From the NCBI GenBank assembly GCA_000708835.1, contig DF237434.1, forward strand, positions 6,544 to 70,543: DNA of 64,000 bases, in the 5' to 3' direction. The notes below the pieces were generated by a model that was not told the DNA's origin, did not search any database, and worked only from the letters and a program-made list of their open reading frames with translations. The DNA comes from Klebsormidium nitens. Taxonomy: Eukaryota > Plantae > Klebsormidiophyceae. Positions 24,935 to 38,503 of the stretch are shown here, one piece after another; positions within the stretch are counted from its first letter, which is position 1; every line of letters begins with the position of its first letter. A program made the position numbers and the translations under genes.

Positions 24935-27900
24935 TCATTCGTCTTCAGAATCGGGTCCGACACCTTCAACGATCAATTGATGAAGGTCCTGGCATGCTTG
25001 CAAAGTACTAGCTACTGCATCTTCATAGCCCGCACTCGCGCCTCCTTCCACTGCTTCGTGTATGATGTCGTCAACGTTGTTCACTTTCTCCTCAATCACA
25101 GTTGTCCTCTTCCGTAGAGACGCAATCTCTTGGGGGGGATACAGGCACGCGCCGAGCTCCTCTACTTGCAAGCAGATTTCACTGCAGGAACACACAATCG
25201 AATGATCCTCGAATCAGACGCCAAAACAACAATCATTTGACCGCTCTTTGAAATGACGTCCTCATCAGGAGCATCACAAGAAGCCATGACCGATGGCCTT
25301 CCTTAAATTACTCTCTTGGATGCCGTTTCAACTTCTGTGGTAAGAACCCACGCCCAAAAGTATGCGAGTCTGGTCTGACCAGTCTATGCTGAGGGAGGAG
25401 GAGGCCTGGCAGAATCTATGATCAAATTGAAGCGCTGACTTCTCAGTTCAAGACGCTTTTCATAAACGAGGGCCCTCAGTAGGCTCGCACTTAGTCAAAG
25501 ACGTCCACAACAACAGTCGAGACCAGCAGGGAGGGGTCTTATGCCCCGTCGATGACTGAAACGTGGTCATCAGCGAATTCGGTTCCTCAAGACTCGTCTA
25601 CGCATTTGCGACATTGCACCGAGCCAGCATCGCTTGCAGCAGAACCCCCGAAACGCCAGAGTCAGCATGCCTCATCTCTTTGGCCTCAACTTATCAAAGT
25701 GCCACAGCTGCACGCCTATGCACCCTAAACTTCAGAATAAGTCCCCCATGAAGACTAGAATCGTTGCTGAAGGTCACCAAAACCAAAGCAAAAATTGCTC
25801 GGACGCTGAGATGACCCCCTCGATTGCAGTCTCCGTGACAGATTCTCCAAAATATTCACGCCGCGTCCGGCTCTCCACAAGCCATTCCGCTTGTCCCTGA
25901 CGCGAACGTTTCGACCAAATCAACGACCGTTCGGACAAAGCTGCGACCCCGCCCAGGAAAACCTCACCTGCAGTTCCCATGCAGCATCTCCAGCACAGTC
26001 AGCGCCGCATTCTTGGCACCCTTGACAACGAGACGCTGCACTCCACCTCCCCAGACAGGCATGGTTCCGCACGTTGCTGAAATTCAGCGCTTCCCCAACA
26101 AGAACAGTCCAAACAAGAAACGCAGTCGCCCCCACCTGCAGTCCCCGTGCACCATCTCCAAAACGTTCAGCGCCGCGTCCTATGCCCCCTTCCAGCTAGA
26201 AAAAGCACAATCGTTCAGACGCGAATGTATTACCTGTGAAATGACCCTCACCTGCAGTCGCCATGCAGCATTTCCAGCACATTCAGCGCCGCGTCCTTGC
26301 TCCAGTCCGGTGGGGGCGCCCACTTGGCCACGACGTACAGCAGCTGTTTCAGCAGCGCAAGCACGCCCTCCGCTACTAGCACCGCCGCACGCACCAGCTC
26401 CATATCTTCCGCGTCGAACTCGGGGTTGTAGTCCAGGATCTCGGCCATGTCCCCCAAATCGTCTGGCAGGCTCAATGCGCCCCTGTCGTTCGATTCCGTC
26501 TTTTGGTCCCCCCCCTGAGGTTCGGTCGTCTTTCCCCCCGTATGCGGGGCTTCGGCTATTCCCCCCGCTTGCGACTCTTCGCTTCTCGGTAACGTCTCAA
26601 ACGAGGCTGAGGCTTCGTTTTCTCGCGACGCCGTCGCTTCTGCCCCGTCTCGAGCCTTTCCGACTCTCAGCCCCTCCTGCGACGCTGTCGTTTCCCCCCG
26701 ACCTTGTGATACGTTCCTATCTTCTGATGACCCAGCTTTCGTCCCCCGGTCCGATGACATCCCCGCCTTCCCCTCTTCTACGTTAGGATCCCCGCTGCCA
26801 GCTCTGCTTGGTGTTTCCGAACCAGCCTTGCCATTCGTTTGACTGGAACTCGTCGAACTTCGGATGGCCGAGTCCCCCAAGTGCATCCGCTTCAAACCGT
26901 CCCCCAAAACGCTTGTTGCGTCGCGACTCTGCCCGTTCGATACCGCCGACTGGCCAGTGAGAGACGCCCCCGATGCGCCCCCCTTCGAAGCACTCGCCTC
27001 GCTGCTCGTGGTCGCCCTGCCCTCCAACGCCATACCCCCACCTAGACCTTCTCTCTCGCTCGCACTCTCACCCCCCTTATCGTGATAATCCGCCTGCCCC
27101 TGACTGCGCGTCGCACACTTTTCACCCTCCTCAAGCCGCGCCCCTTCCCTATCGCTCTGACCTTTTGTCTTTTCCTTCATTGCCCCCCCCTCCCCCCTCT
27201 CGGGCTGTGCCCCTTCCTTTCCGCTCTCCCCCCCATTTTGACCGCTGGTCGTTTCCTTCATTTCCCCCATCTCCCGCAGCGTGTCTTTGACAGTTGCCGC
27301 CAGCAGCGCAAGCCCCCTGCCCACCGCGACCTGGTTACTCGTCGGGGCCTTCTTAACCGCCTCGCAGGTTTCCCAAACCCGGCCCGCGAGCTTTGGCAGC
27401 GCAGAGGCCCTGTCTTCGGCGGTGGCGCCACGCTGGAAGAGGTCGATGCAGCCCTCCAGAAGCTGGGCTGAGGCCTGTCACAAAAACGCAGTCTGAGTAT
27501 TCTTCTGACCTAACCCGAAAACCGAGTATCTAGGCAGATAACTTAGAAGGGTCGATCAAAAGTTTTGTCTTCGGCGATGGCGCCTCGCTGGAAGAGGCAG
27601 ATGCAGCCCTCCAGGAGATGGCCGCAGCCTGGCAGGAAAGTGCAGAGTCTGAAGTATGAAATTTCAGCTAACAGAAAGGGCCTGATCGGAAGCTGCGCAA
27701 CTCTTGAGCCACTTCATTTGCTCCACATTGTGCAGCGGGGTTTTCCGGTCCTGGAGGGCGAAACAGAACCCCCCATGTTGGATGAATCATGGCTGTACGA
27801 CAGAGAGGCTGCGGGAAGCTTAGAAAAGGGGTGACGTCAGACAGGCTCGCCGTTTCATGGCAGCGTCAGATTGAGAACCACTACGGAAACAAACCGTTGA

Positions 27901-29570
27901 AAGTTGAAACAAACTATTGAAATTGGAGGTCAAATCAGTGGGCTTGCGGGATACAGTGGCAGACGACATTGACCGGTTGATTGGCGCACACGCTTTGCCT
28001 TCAGCCGGTGGCACGTTGCTCAGAGGTTGAACAGCTTCTAGGAAGCTGGACCGCAGCCCGGCACAAGACCGCAGTCTGAGTTTGATGCAGAAAGTGGTCA
28101 CATCTAGCTTGGAGAGAATCTGGAGTAGGCACACACAAAGCGACAGCTCCTGACATCTGTGACCAGGGTAACACAGCGAGTTTACCTAATCCCCCTCATC
28201 TCTCACCAATCAGTGCCAACTTGATCAACACCAATCAGCTGCGAAATGAAGACTGAGAGATTTCACAGAGACTGAGAAATGTTAACGGGCAACTGTAATC
28301 CTGAACGAGGAATACAGCCATTCTCGATAACAAAGCAGCAGTCTCAGATCTCAAACAGCTTCCTCACATCTGCAGTAGCGGTGGCCCTGATGCTGCAAGG
28401 AGAGTCGGCCCCGCCCCACAGACCAAGAACTGTTCAGAATACGCTCGGGGAAATAGGTATGGTCTGAGTCACCCGTCAAACATCTCTCCAGATATCGTTT
28501 GTCCGTAGGAACGCAGAAACGGTCTTTTGAACTTTTCAAACTCTCCAACACACCTCAACAACTGCGGTTGCGGTGGCCCTGATTGCAGCCAGGAGCGTCG
28601 GCCCCGCCCCCGCCGTGAAGCCGTGGCAAACAGTGACGAAGGCAGAGACGGCTTGCAGGAGGACGTTGAGTAGCAGGAGCCCGTCTTCTTTGTCGACTTC
28701 ACCCGACCATGCCATCGCGGCTGCAACAACGTTAGCAGTATATGCCCTGTCAGAACTCAAACAAGTCTGCAATTTCCCCGCTTCTTGACCACTGCTCAGG
28801 TCTACTTTTTCACCCCCAAAGTAGCACCTGCCACCCCAAAACCTTGTGACTAAGGCCCTCCCACTGCCAACTGTCATCAGAGAGAGGCTGTTGCGGGTAG
28901 CTTCCCTTTGTCCTCGCTCCGGTCTTGGGGGGCTTGTCATGGGCTCATCTGAATGTGAGGGCTCCGACGATCCTACAACAGCCATAGCCATGATGATAAA
29001 GGCAAGCTCTCTTGTGCTTGCGAGTCACACCACCCTTGATTTCACAGAGGAGACATGATCACAAGCTCTCTCGATGGCTTGTCAACGCACACCACCTTTG
29101 CTTTCGTTGAGTCGGCGGGAGACTGCAATGACTGGAGGTACTGGAAATGGTTGCTGCCAATACGCAGCAGTTTCTCATGTCATCAATCAAACAATCTTTC
29201 AGCAGGCTGATGCAGACCGGTCTCAAAGTCACATTGACCAGATTAGACTACGGACCTGACTACTTAACCGCTGGCCTTTCCCAACCTTGCGCCCTATCAG
29301 CATTGAGAAGCACCAGAACCCACACCCCAGAATTGGAAGACCCCAAGAATGCAGGAACCCGTGCACTAACCAACTTCAACGAAACCTACTTTTTGTGGCT
29401 TCTTTGGAAACCATGTGCGCTGCGGCCAACAGCTCGTTCCTGGTGACCTTCTCTCCGACCCCTTCCACAGCGGCAACTGTCAGCAGCTTCAATTGTTCCC
29501 GCATCATCAAAGGGCCTTTCACTTTCATCCGCGCGAGGACCGCCTCAAAAGTCTCCTCCTTCTTTCCCAT
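24935..29570 (-). CDS. CCNDBP1: Grap2 and cyclin-D-interacting (GCIP) family protein with a large low-complexity insertion
   Basis: Exons 29570-29390, 28720-28554, 27474-26252, 25181-24935; phase-consistent. Plant GCIP-type motifs SKEATKTAMAWSG, CHGFTAGAGPTL, LAGRVWETCEAVKKAPTSNQVAVGR, VKDTLREM, QVEELGACLYPPQE. Confidence 0.87.
25961..26305 (-). repeat. Three copies of the GCIP exon-3 3' end plus donor (real donor after 26252; echoes ending near 26136 and 25968)
   Basis: GACGCGGCGCTGAA..TGGAGATG.TGCA.GG..ACTGCAG|GTG is repeated; each copy keeps CTGCAG|GTG. Confidence 0.9.
27410..28081 (-). repeat. Echo copies of the GCIP intron-2 acceptor plus start of exon 3 (27565-27660 and 27997-28081)
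   Basis: Real CAG|GCCTCAGCCCAGCTTCTGGAGGGCTGCATCGACCTCTTCCAGCG vs copy CAG|GCTGCGGCCATCTCCTGGAGGGCTGCATCTGCCTCTTCCAGCG (offset 154). The more distant copy shares intronic cgcagtctgag and decayed exon sequence. Confidence 0.85.
28362..28622 (-). repeat. Echo copy (28362-28425) of the GCIP exon-2 3' end with a GTGAG donor-like site
   Basis: gcggtggccctgat...ggag.gtcggccccgcccc occurs at both 28378-28416 and 28570-28610. Confidence 0.8.
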
Positions 29571-30464
29571 ACTGGGCTGCCAAGAAGACCCGGCAAAAGC
29601 GGCTCTGAATGTTTCCTTCTCCGTTGTTCTTTCAGTTGTACTCCCGGATAAGCAAACTTCGAATCACCAAAATACTACCTTTCCGACCGAGCAATGCTCT
29701 GATGACAAGTGGTGCTCCTTGGGCGCGTCCAAGAGTGTACATCACCTGCGTTCACGAAACCTGGAAAAGCAGGACAATGAGCGCCCCAGTATCCTTAGGG
29801 CCCAAGACGTCTTGAAGGTGTTGAAAATTCAGCATGGGACAAAGTTGGGAGCAGTTGAAGGGGTGCTGACCGACTCGAAGTTCCAAATTCCGTTTCCAAA
29901 CTGTGCAGTGAACTTTCACCGTCACTGACATCAGCATTGAGCTGCAGACCAGCCGATGTTGCAAATTCCAGTGGCACAGAAGTCGCTCTGGGTCTGGGGG
30001 GGCCAGAAAGCTGCGACTTTTTGATGGCATTGAAAGACAGCTGTTGAAGGCTGGCATGCTGTCGCAGAACAGCATCAAAGTGAAAGCTCAACTTTTCTAA
30101 AGGTGGTGGTAGAAGCATTTTGATTCATCACAGCATTGCAATCAGCATTCATTCAGAAAGCGTACCCTGCCAAAACTGCGATTGTTTGTGAGGGCTTCTT
30201 GAGATCAGGCGGGGGTCAAAGGGCTCTCCAGAGTGGCATAACCAATTGCTACTTGCTCGTTTGAAGCATCATTCTGCGATGGCTCTTTTTAAAAGTTGGA
30301 GCCATGTGAATCAACAGTGGTGCATGACCTTGTAAAGTCGCATCCACTTTGTTCTTGCACCACCAAACTCACCATCATGCACCGCTAGTTATGCACCACA
30401 AAGTTCTTCCCTGAGAATCTGTCAGGATCCACAGCTATCAGATCACTTCACACCTTCGGAGAGG

Positions 30465-33400
30465 ATGGCAGCTAGAGGGATCCTGGGACCAGGAATTGTT
30501 CCGACAATAATGGGAGCGAAGGCCGGTCATGCAGAGCCTCGTGCTGCTGAGCAGCGGGGACCCATCTTGAAGATCATGAAAGATGAGAGTGCTCTGAAGA
30601 GCAAGGCTGGGCCGATCGGCAGCCTGAAGATCATTGATGACAAGTGGGAACACACTGGGGAGAAAGTCAACCAGGTGCGTCTGTGTTGGCGAATGCTTTT
30701 GGGGGGACTGGGATGATTGTCATTCATCGGAAAGGATACTCAGAAGCCACCTGAGAATTGCTTCTGGAGCTGTGGCAGATTCTGGAGGGAAGAACTTGGA
30801 CTGCCATAGCTGTACACTTGGTCCGCTCATCCTGCTTTTTCAGTGAAGGTCTTTGTGGCTAGATCAGGCCACGGGAAATGCACCACTCCACTCATCCAAT
30901 CAGAGAATTGCCAGTGATTATGCCACAGGTATGGAGTTCCTATGGCCTCTTTTTACGACACTTGCGCTTGCGCAGAGTTCTTTGAGGGGCTCCGTATCAC
31001 CTTAAACATACCCGTTCATCTGACCACCTATATTCGATTCTTCATTCCTTCCTTCCTTCCCCACTTTCTCTCCAAGGGCTCCTTCGCTTGTTCCCTGTCT
31101 GTCCAAATTCAAATGAACTCCCCGTTCCTTCGCTTCTTCAGTTCTTATCCGAAAGCAACGTTGACTACCAAGTCATTGGAGTCCTGGGAGCCCCAGGCGT
31201 TGGAAAGAGCACCATTCTGAACGCCCTATACGGTCTGGCTTCAGATCATCCAAGCATAGTGGCAGGCCGTACCCCGCCGCCCTTTGCGGTGCAGTCTGAG
31301 GAGGCGAGAATGTTGGCGAGGCATAGTTCTAGCGGGGTGGAAATGCGGGCAACTGCAGAGAGGCTCGTCCTGCTGGACTCACAGGTGAGGTTTGAATGGA
31401 AAATGAGTCGGTCTATCTAACGTTGCTCTCGTGTTCCTAGAGCCTTCGATGCCCGGGAAATTTGCCACGATGGTGCGTGCTGCAAAACTCGGAAGAAGGT
31501 GATGCGAGCGCTCTTGATTTGTACCTGACACTTTTAAATACCTGGTCTAAGTTACCATCTCTTCAAAATTGACCAGTCAGCCCATTTGGCTCGATGAACC
31601 TGTCAATTTCTCAGTGTCCAGAACCTCTCAAGTTTCATCTCACTCGCTTCCAACTCGATCAAGAGCCCACCTACGGTTCACTTTTTTCCTCGGCCTGTAC
31701 ATTGTAACCTGAGTCTCTTAATCCCTCCTCTTGAGGCACGTCTTGAGCCCCTTTTTTCACTGAAAGCCGGTTGTTGTCTGCGATCTCATTCCCCAGTAGT
31801 TGGTTACCCCTTCTCCGTCTTCCCCAAGACAAACACTCGCAGAGCATTTTTTGTGTTTAGTCCTTCCTCTTGCAGCCTCGTCAGCCTCTATGGCCATATA
31901 TCTCACCTTAAGAACCACCTGCCACTGAGGGGCGGCTGTCTTTCCGTCGTTTTTGCAAGAGCATATCCAAAGGGATCCACGAAGGACAAACCTCTAGATC
32001 GGTGCACTCTTTTCGTTTTCCGCAGCTCTTCTCCAGCCCCGCCGTTCTTACATATCACCCGCCTCTAGCGTCTACGAAGATTCATACATTTGAAGCACTC
32101 CACTTTACCTCTTTCATCCGGTCATTTGTCGAACGACGAAATTCTGCGTCAAAGTGCTCTCTTCTGCTATGCAGCCCGTCTTCAGCCCCTCCGTTCTCGT
32201 GCACATGACCGCCCCTATCTTCTCTTTCAAAGACACTTCAATCCCCAACCCACCTTTACGCACCTTAATTTGTCCAACTTTCTAAAATCGACAAACGGTG
32301 AGGTCGGCGCGTTTTTTTGGCTTTTGCAGCTTTTCTTCGGCCCCTCCGTTCACCCTCCTCTTGCGTCTTTTTCATTCTTAGTCAAACTCTTACATGCTAA
32401 TTGCTCCTCTTGATCCTTCTCATCCGGCTTCATACAAACGACAGATTGTCAGGTCAAAGGGCTCTTCACTTATTTCTTAGCCCGTTCTTTGCCCATACGC
32501 TCTCATAGATATCTTCCGCTCCAACCGTCTTTGAAGCCACCTTAATTTAGCTCCGGCTGTATCATATTCTCATCGGTCCACTTATCTATGAAGGACTAAT
32601 TTTTTGAAGAGCGCTCTCTCTATTTTAGCAGCCCGTTTTAGCCCCTCCATTCTGACAGACATTCTCGCCTCGACCGTCTCTTTCCAGCAATTGTTTGTCT
32701 CTCCTCCGGCTTTTCACGAACGACAATCCTCCGAAGCAGAGCGCTCTCTTCTGCTTTCGCAGCCTCTTAAGCCCCTCTGTTCTCACAAGTGTCCGCCTCT
32801 ACTGTATAATTTTGTATTGAGAGCGTCCGTAACATTACTCTCGTTCGTCCAGCTTGTTGGAGGAACAAATTTCTATGCCAAATTCCTCTCTTCTGCTTTC
32901 GCAGCCCGTCTTCAGCCCCTCCGTTCACAATGTTATCAACCCCGCCTCTAGTGTCTACTTCGGTGGCAATAACGTATCTTCGCGCCTCTTGATTCCAATC
33001 ATCCGGCCTTTTTTGAACAACAGTTTTCTTAATCAGACCGCCTATTGTGCTTTTGCAGCCCGTCTTCAGCCCCTCCGTTCTCACTGACATCACCCGCCCC
33101 GACGGCTCCTCATCTGTGACTCCATTTCCGGGGGATCCCCCCGCAGCGGAGCTTGCGCTTGAAGCCATGGCGCTGCAGCAGGCCGTCTTTCTCCTCTCGG
33201 TGTGCCACGTCATCATCGTCGTCAGCGAGGGACTAGAGGACCGCCGGCTGTGGGAGCTGCTGCATGCGGTGAGAAGCTGACACCTGTCTTAATGCCACGT
33301 GTCTTATTTCCTTTGTCCTCTCCCATGCCAGGGTTCAGAGTACAGCAGGCGATGAGAGCACCCGTCCCCGAACCGACGCTGACCCAAGCATGCTTCTGAC

Positions 33401-35128
33401 GGGGGCGTTTGCTGACGTCAAACTCAAGACACGTGTTTGAATTCCCATCGGCGTCGGAACCGGCAGCAGCTGCCATCAGCATTCATTCTTGCCACCCGCG
33501 GTGCCATCCGCATAGTTTACGTGGGGACGCGGGCGTCGGCTGACAGTAACAGGCAGGATTGTACTCTGCCCTCCTGTCCGAACTTCGGTACGAACCAGAG
33601 GTGGATGCTGCCATGAACCTGCGGTTCCGAAACCCCCGCGAAAAGGGTCTACTTTTATGTTTGGTCTCCTCGATGGACATGCGCTCTCATCCAGTTCTCT
33701 TCGACGTGCAATGCTCTTTCAATTTATTTTATCGCTATGCCTTCCCACCGAATTGCAGTTCTTGTAGGGGCGGTAGGCATTTCATGACCGTCATATGTCG
33801 TCGTCAACGGCAAGACTTGGACGGTTCACGTTCTAAACAGCACTTGCGATGAGACCCTCGGTTTCGCTAGATCCGACGAGGCGTGTACGTCCTTTGCCTA
33901 CTTCAAGCGTTCCTAAATCAGCGGTGTGATTCTTTTTCCTCCTTCGAAGTTCCGCTTCCTTTGCCACAGCTTGCGCTACCGCCCGCGCTCTCCGGCATTC
34001 CGTTATTCCGCTCTTCATTCCTTCAAAATTCCGGCGTCTGTGACTGCGCTTCACCAGTCCTTTACCCACCCGCTACTTCGGGCTCAAAAACAGGCCGATT
34101 ATAAGCAAGCGTTTTGCATAGCTTTACACCAGGTTACGAACCGCACGGGCTAACGATTGGCCGTTCCTCCAACCGTGTTTCTCTTTGACCAGGCGCAGCT
34201 CCTTCGCGACCGCATCTACCGGCCTCTCAGCATCCGTCCCCCGACTCCCCCCTCCCGCCAATCAGAACCCGTACCCAGCCAGTCCCCGCGGCCTCCAAAC
34301 GAAAGACCCGGTTCTAGTTCCAGCGGCGTGACCGCTTCTCAAGCGTCAGGACGGGGCCAACCGGGGGGACCCGTTTCTCAGACGGGGCCACCCATCCTTT
34401 CCCACCCTCACCTTAACCCTAACCCTAAACTTAACCAACCCGGGGTCCGGCCGTCGCAAGGGGACAGTCGACCAGGGTCTGCGGCCAGCTCGCGGGAGGA
34501 GCCGCAACGGCCCAGTTCGGCGTCCGCCGGGCGCCCATCGGAATTCCGCCCACCAGAAGCTCGGAGGAGCCCGGAAGAACGGCCGCAGCGAGCGGGGCAC
34601 TCCCCCGAGGTCGTCTTTGTGGCGACCAAGCTGAGGGGGAGCGAGCTGCTAGGTGGGCAACTGCGAGCGGCGCAGGAGGAGTTAACAGCGGCGTTCCCCG
34701 CTTTGGCTGCGCCGCGATCTGGACCGGGTTTGGACGTGGTACAGACCGTACGAAATCGGACGTACGGACCAGGGACAGATGGCGCTAATGGGAAGGCTCG
34801 ACGGAACTCAAGCGAGCGGAGCCGGAATGAACGGCTGCAGGCAAGCGGAGAGTCGAATGCAAAGGGGGAATTGAGAGACAGTCCTAGTGTCAGCTTCTAT
34901 GGTCTGCCGGCGAAGGGACCCAACAGTGCGGCGTTTGAGAGTTTTCATTTGTCTCTGAGGAGCTTGCGCGATCAGATTCTAGGCATCCCGAGAAGGCACC
35001 TTCTGGGGAAGCCGGTCACTGAGGCCAGCTGGCTGAGGTATACCAACAAGGTCTGGAGAGACGTACGAGAGTCGGACGCAGTCAAGGAATATTGCTCTTT
35101 ACTGCAGTCAGATGGCTTCTTCCGTTGA
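30465..35128 (+). CDS. SMG9: Nonsense-mediated decay factor SMG9 (P-loop NTPase fold); an extra 5' exon is possible
   Basis: Exons 30465-30674, 31142-31384, 33059-33268, 34193-35128; all phase 0. Motifs VIGVLGAPGVGKST, ERLVLLDSQPVFSPSVL..RPDGSS, FLLSVCHVIIVVSEG, PEVVFVATKL, SLRDQIL and the W..Y..KVW..V..S C-terminus match plant SMG9. Confidence 0.9.
31726..33110 (+). repeat. Tandem array (~130-155 bp period, ~9-10 units including the real one) of the SMG9 intron-2 acceptor plus start of exon 3
   Basis: gcag|cccgtcttcagcccctccgttc-like cores at about 31735, 31870, 32021, 32171, 32326, 32478, 32628, 32759, 32901 and the real one at 33055. Upstream aacga..a and ctctcttctgct tracts also recur. 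Confidence 0.93.
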
Positions 35129-36100
35129 TCTTATGACAGCTCTCCATGACTGTCGACGGCTCTCATCCGGCTGCGAGGCACATGGCCTCAAAATGGAGCA
35201 ACGTATACTAACGGCATGCCACAGTTGCATTTAGTCGCGGATACTTGAGTTGACATCGCCAGATCTTAATGCCCTCTAGCCTCTTGAGTAGATCATGTTC
35301 CAATTCGGGCATGGTGACGTGTAACATCGGGCATGCAATGTTCCTCGAATAATGATGCACCGGGCCCACGGCGTACACAGAAATAAGGTAATTATTATGA
35401 TAGGCGGGCGCGGCCCGGCCCAGGCTGGTCGGCCGGGGCGTAAGGCTGCCGCCGCTTGTTCTGATCGTTGTGGCATGATCGCTATATATACAGTTTGCGG
35501 ATACGGCATCCGGGTAGACATTTCGTTTGGCCACGTGCATATGTGAAAATTTCGCGCCGCCGGGGCGGTCGCGGTATTAATTGATCAATTTAAGTAGTTA
35601 CAGCTCTCCACTTCTGTGGTGACGTACATGTCTACTTAGACGCGCCTGCCGCAGTTCGACATCATTACAAACTTAGGTATTAACATTTGACAAGTTCCAT
35701 TTACACCATTTTACGAGGCCCGGTGCTATCATGGTACATGCTGCGCCCCGTGCAACTACTATACCAGCCGTCGGAAGAACAACGTACATTGACCGAACTC
35801 TATTCCCTTGCGGTCCATGGTCTGTAGCACGTATACTGCGAGGTCCAACAAGTCTCCTTTGCCATGCACTTTCAACGACTCGTCATGAAGAGTTTGCATT
35901 CCCAAACTCTGCAATGCCCTGGGTCTGTCCGCAGGGTTCGCAATGCCCAAACGGCAACGAAATAGAAACAAAGAAAACCTTTTTAGCTACGCGACATTTA
36001 TCAGCAAGAAAACCTGTACAACGGGGCAATAAGAACAGTCAAGTTTCTACCTACACCTAACAACAACACAGATTCCTGTTTCAGCTTACCCAATATGGTT

Positions 36101-37714
<1,614 letters not shown>

Positions 37715-38503
37715 CTTGCCTTTCTAGCTGCCCCCCTAATAAGAACACAGCGGCGAGGCAGCCGCCAAAAGCCCCTCCTCCTGAAGCTGTGCGGAGGGTT
37801 TTGAAAAGCTAGCCAGCTGAAGCTGGGCCAAGCACATCCACCAATTAACTAGCACTTGGAAAGAGCAGCCAAAGCTTTTGCTTGCCCGGCACGCAACCTG
37901 GCGCAACTTGCGCCTGTCACGTCGATCCCGGCCCGGGCTAGCAAAGAACGCGGAACTTTGTCTTTTCGTGCAACTTTACCTTTCTCCGATTCGTCGAAAG
38001 ACGTGCAAGTCAAAATCCTAGACTCTAATTGGCCAGGCGGCTTGCATTGCTCGCAGAGCGACACTTGGCGGTCAAGGAAGCGCCGTCAGTCGTCATCCTT
38101 CGTCGACGGTCTCCGTCTTGGAAAGTCCCCCGCCAATGATTGACGACGTCGATCTCGTCATTGGCGTCCTGCTAGCGGGAGCCGGCCCATGGGCGCCCGC
38201 GCCTCATAAGCTATATCTCAGGCTATATGCAGATCACGGAGTCAGACTGTTTCCACAATGATCAGCTAATGGCGAAGGCTGAGGGTTACACTGCGCCAGA
38301 AGTCAGGCATGCCAGTCGGTTTAAAGGTTCCGAATTAAACACTAGTAGTAGTTAAAGCGCACTTCACTTTCCCTTCGACCAGACCTTTGGTTTTGGCATT
38401 TTGTTCACCTTGATTGCAGCAACTCGCCAGAGCTACTGTACACGGTTCCTCACTTCCTGAAAGCAGTGAGCAACTTTCCTCTCAAGCCACTCAGCATCGA
38501 AGG

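Noticed and set aside
31726-33110. Regularly spaced repeats resembling a CRISPR array
   Set aside because: The whole unit is homologous (no unique spacers), degenerate, eukaryotic and derived from the adjacent splice junction; no cas genes.
34408-34440. Telomere-like ttaaccctaaccctaaac
   Set aside because: Only 2-3 imperfect units, lying inside the SMG9 coding exon (LNPNPKLN).
35200-35800. GC-rich patches and short palindromes between SMG9 and RPB10
   Set aside because: No TIR, TSD or Helitron end could be established.
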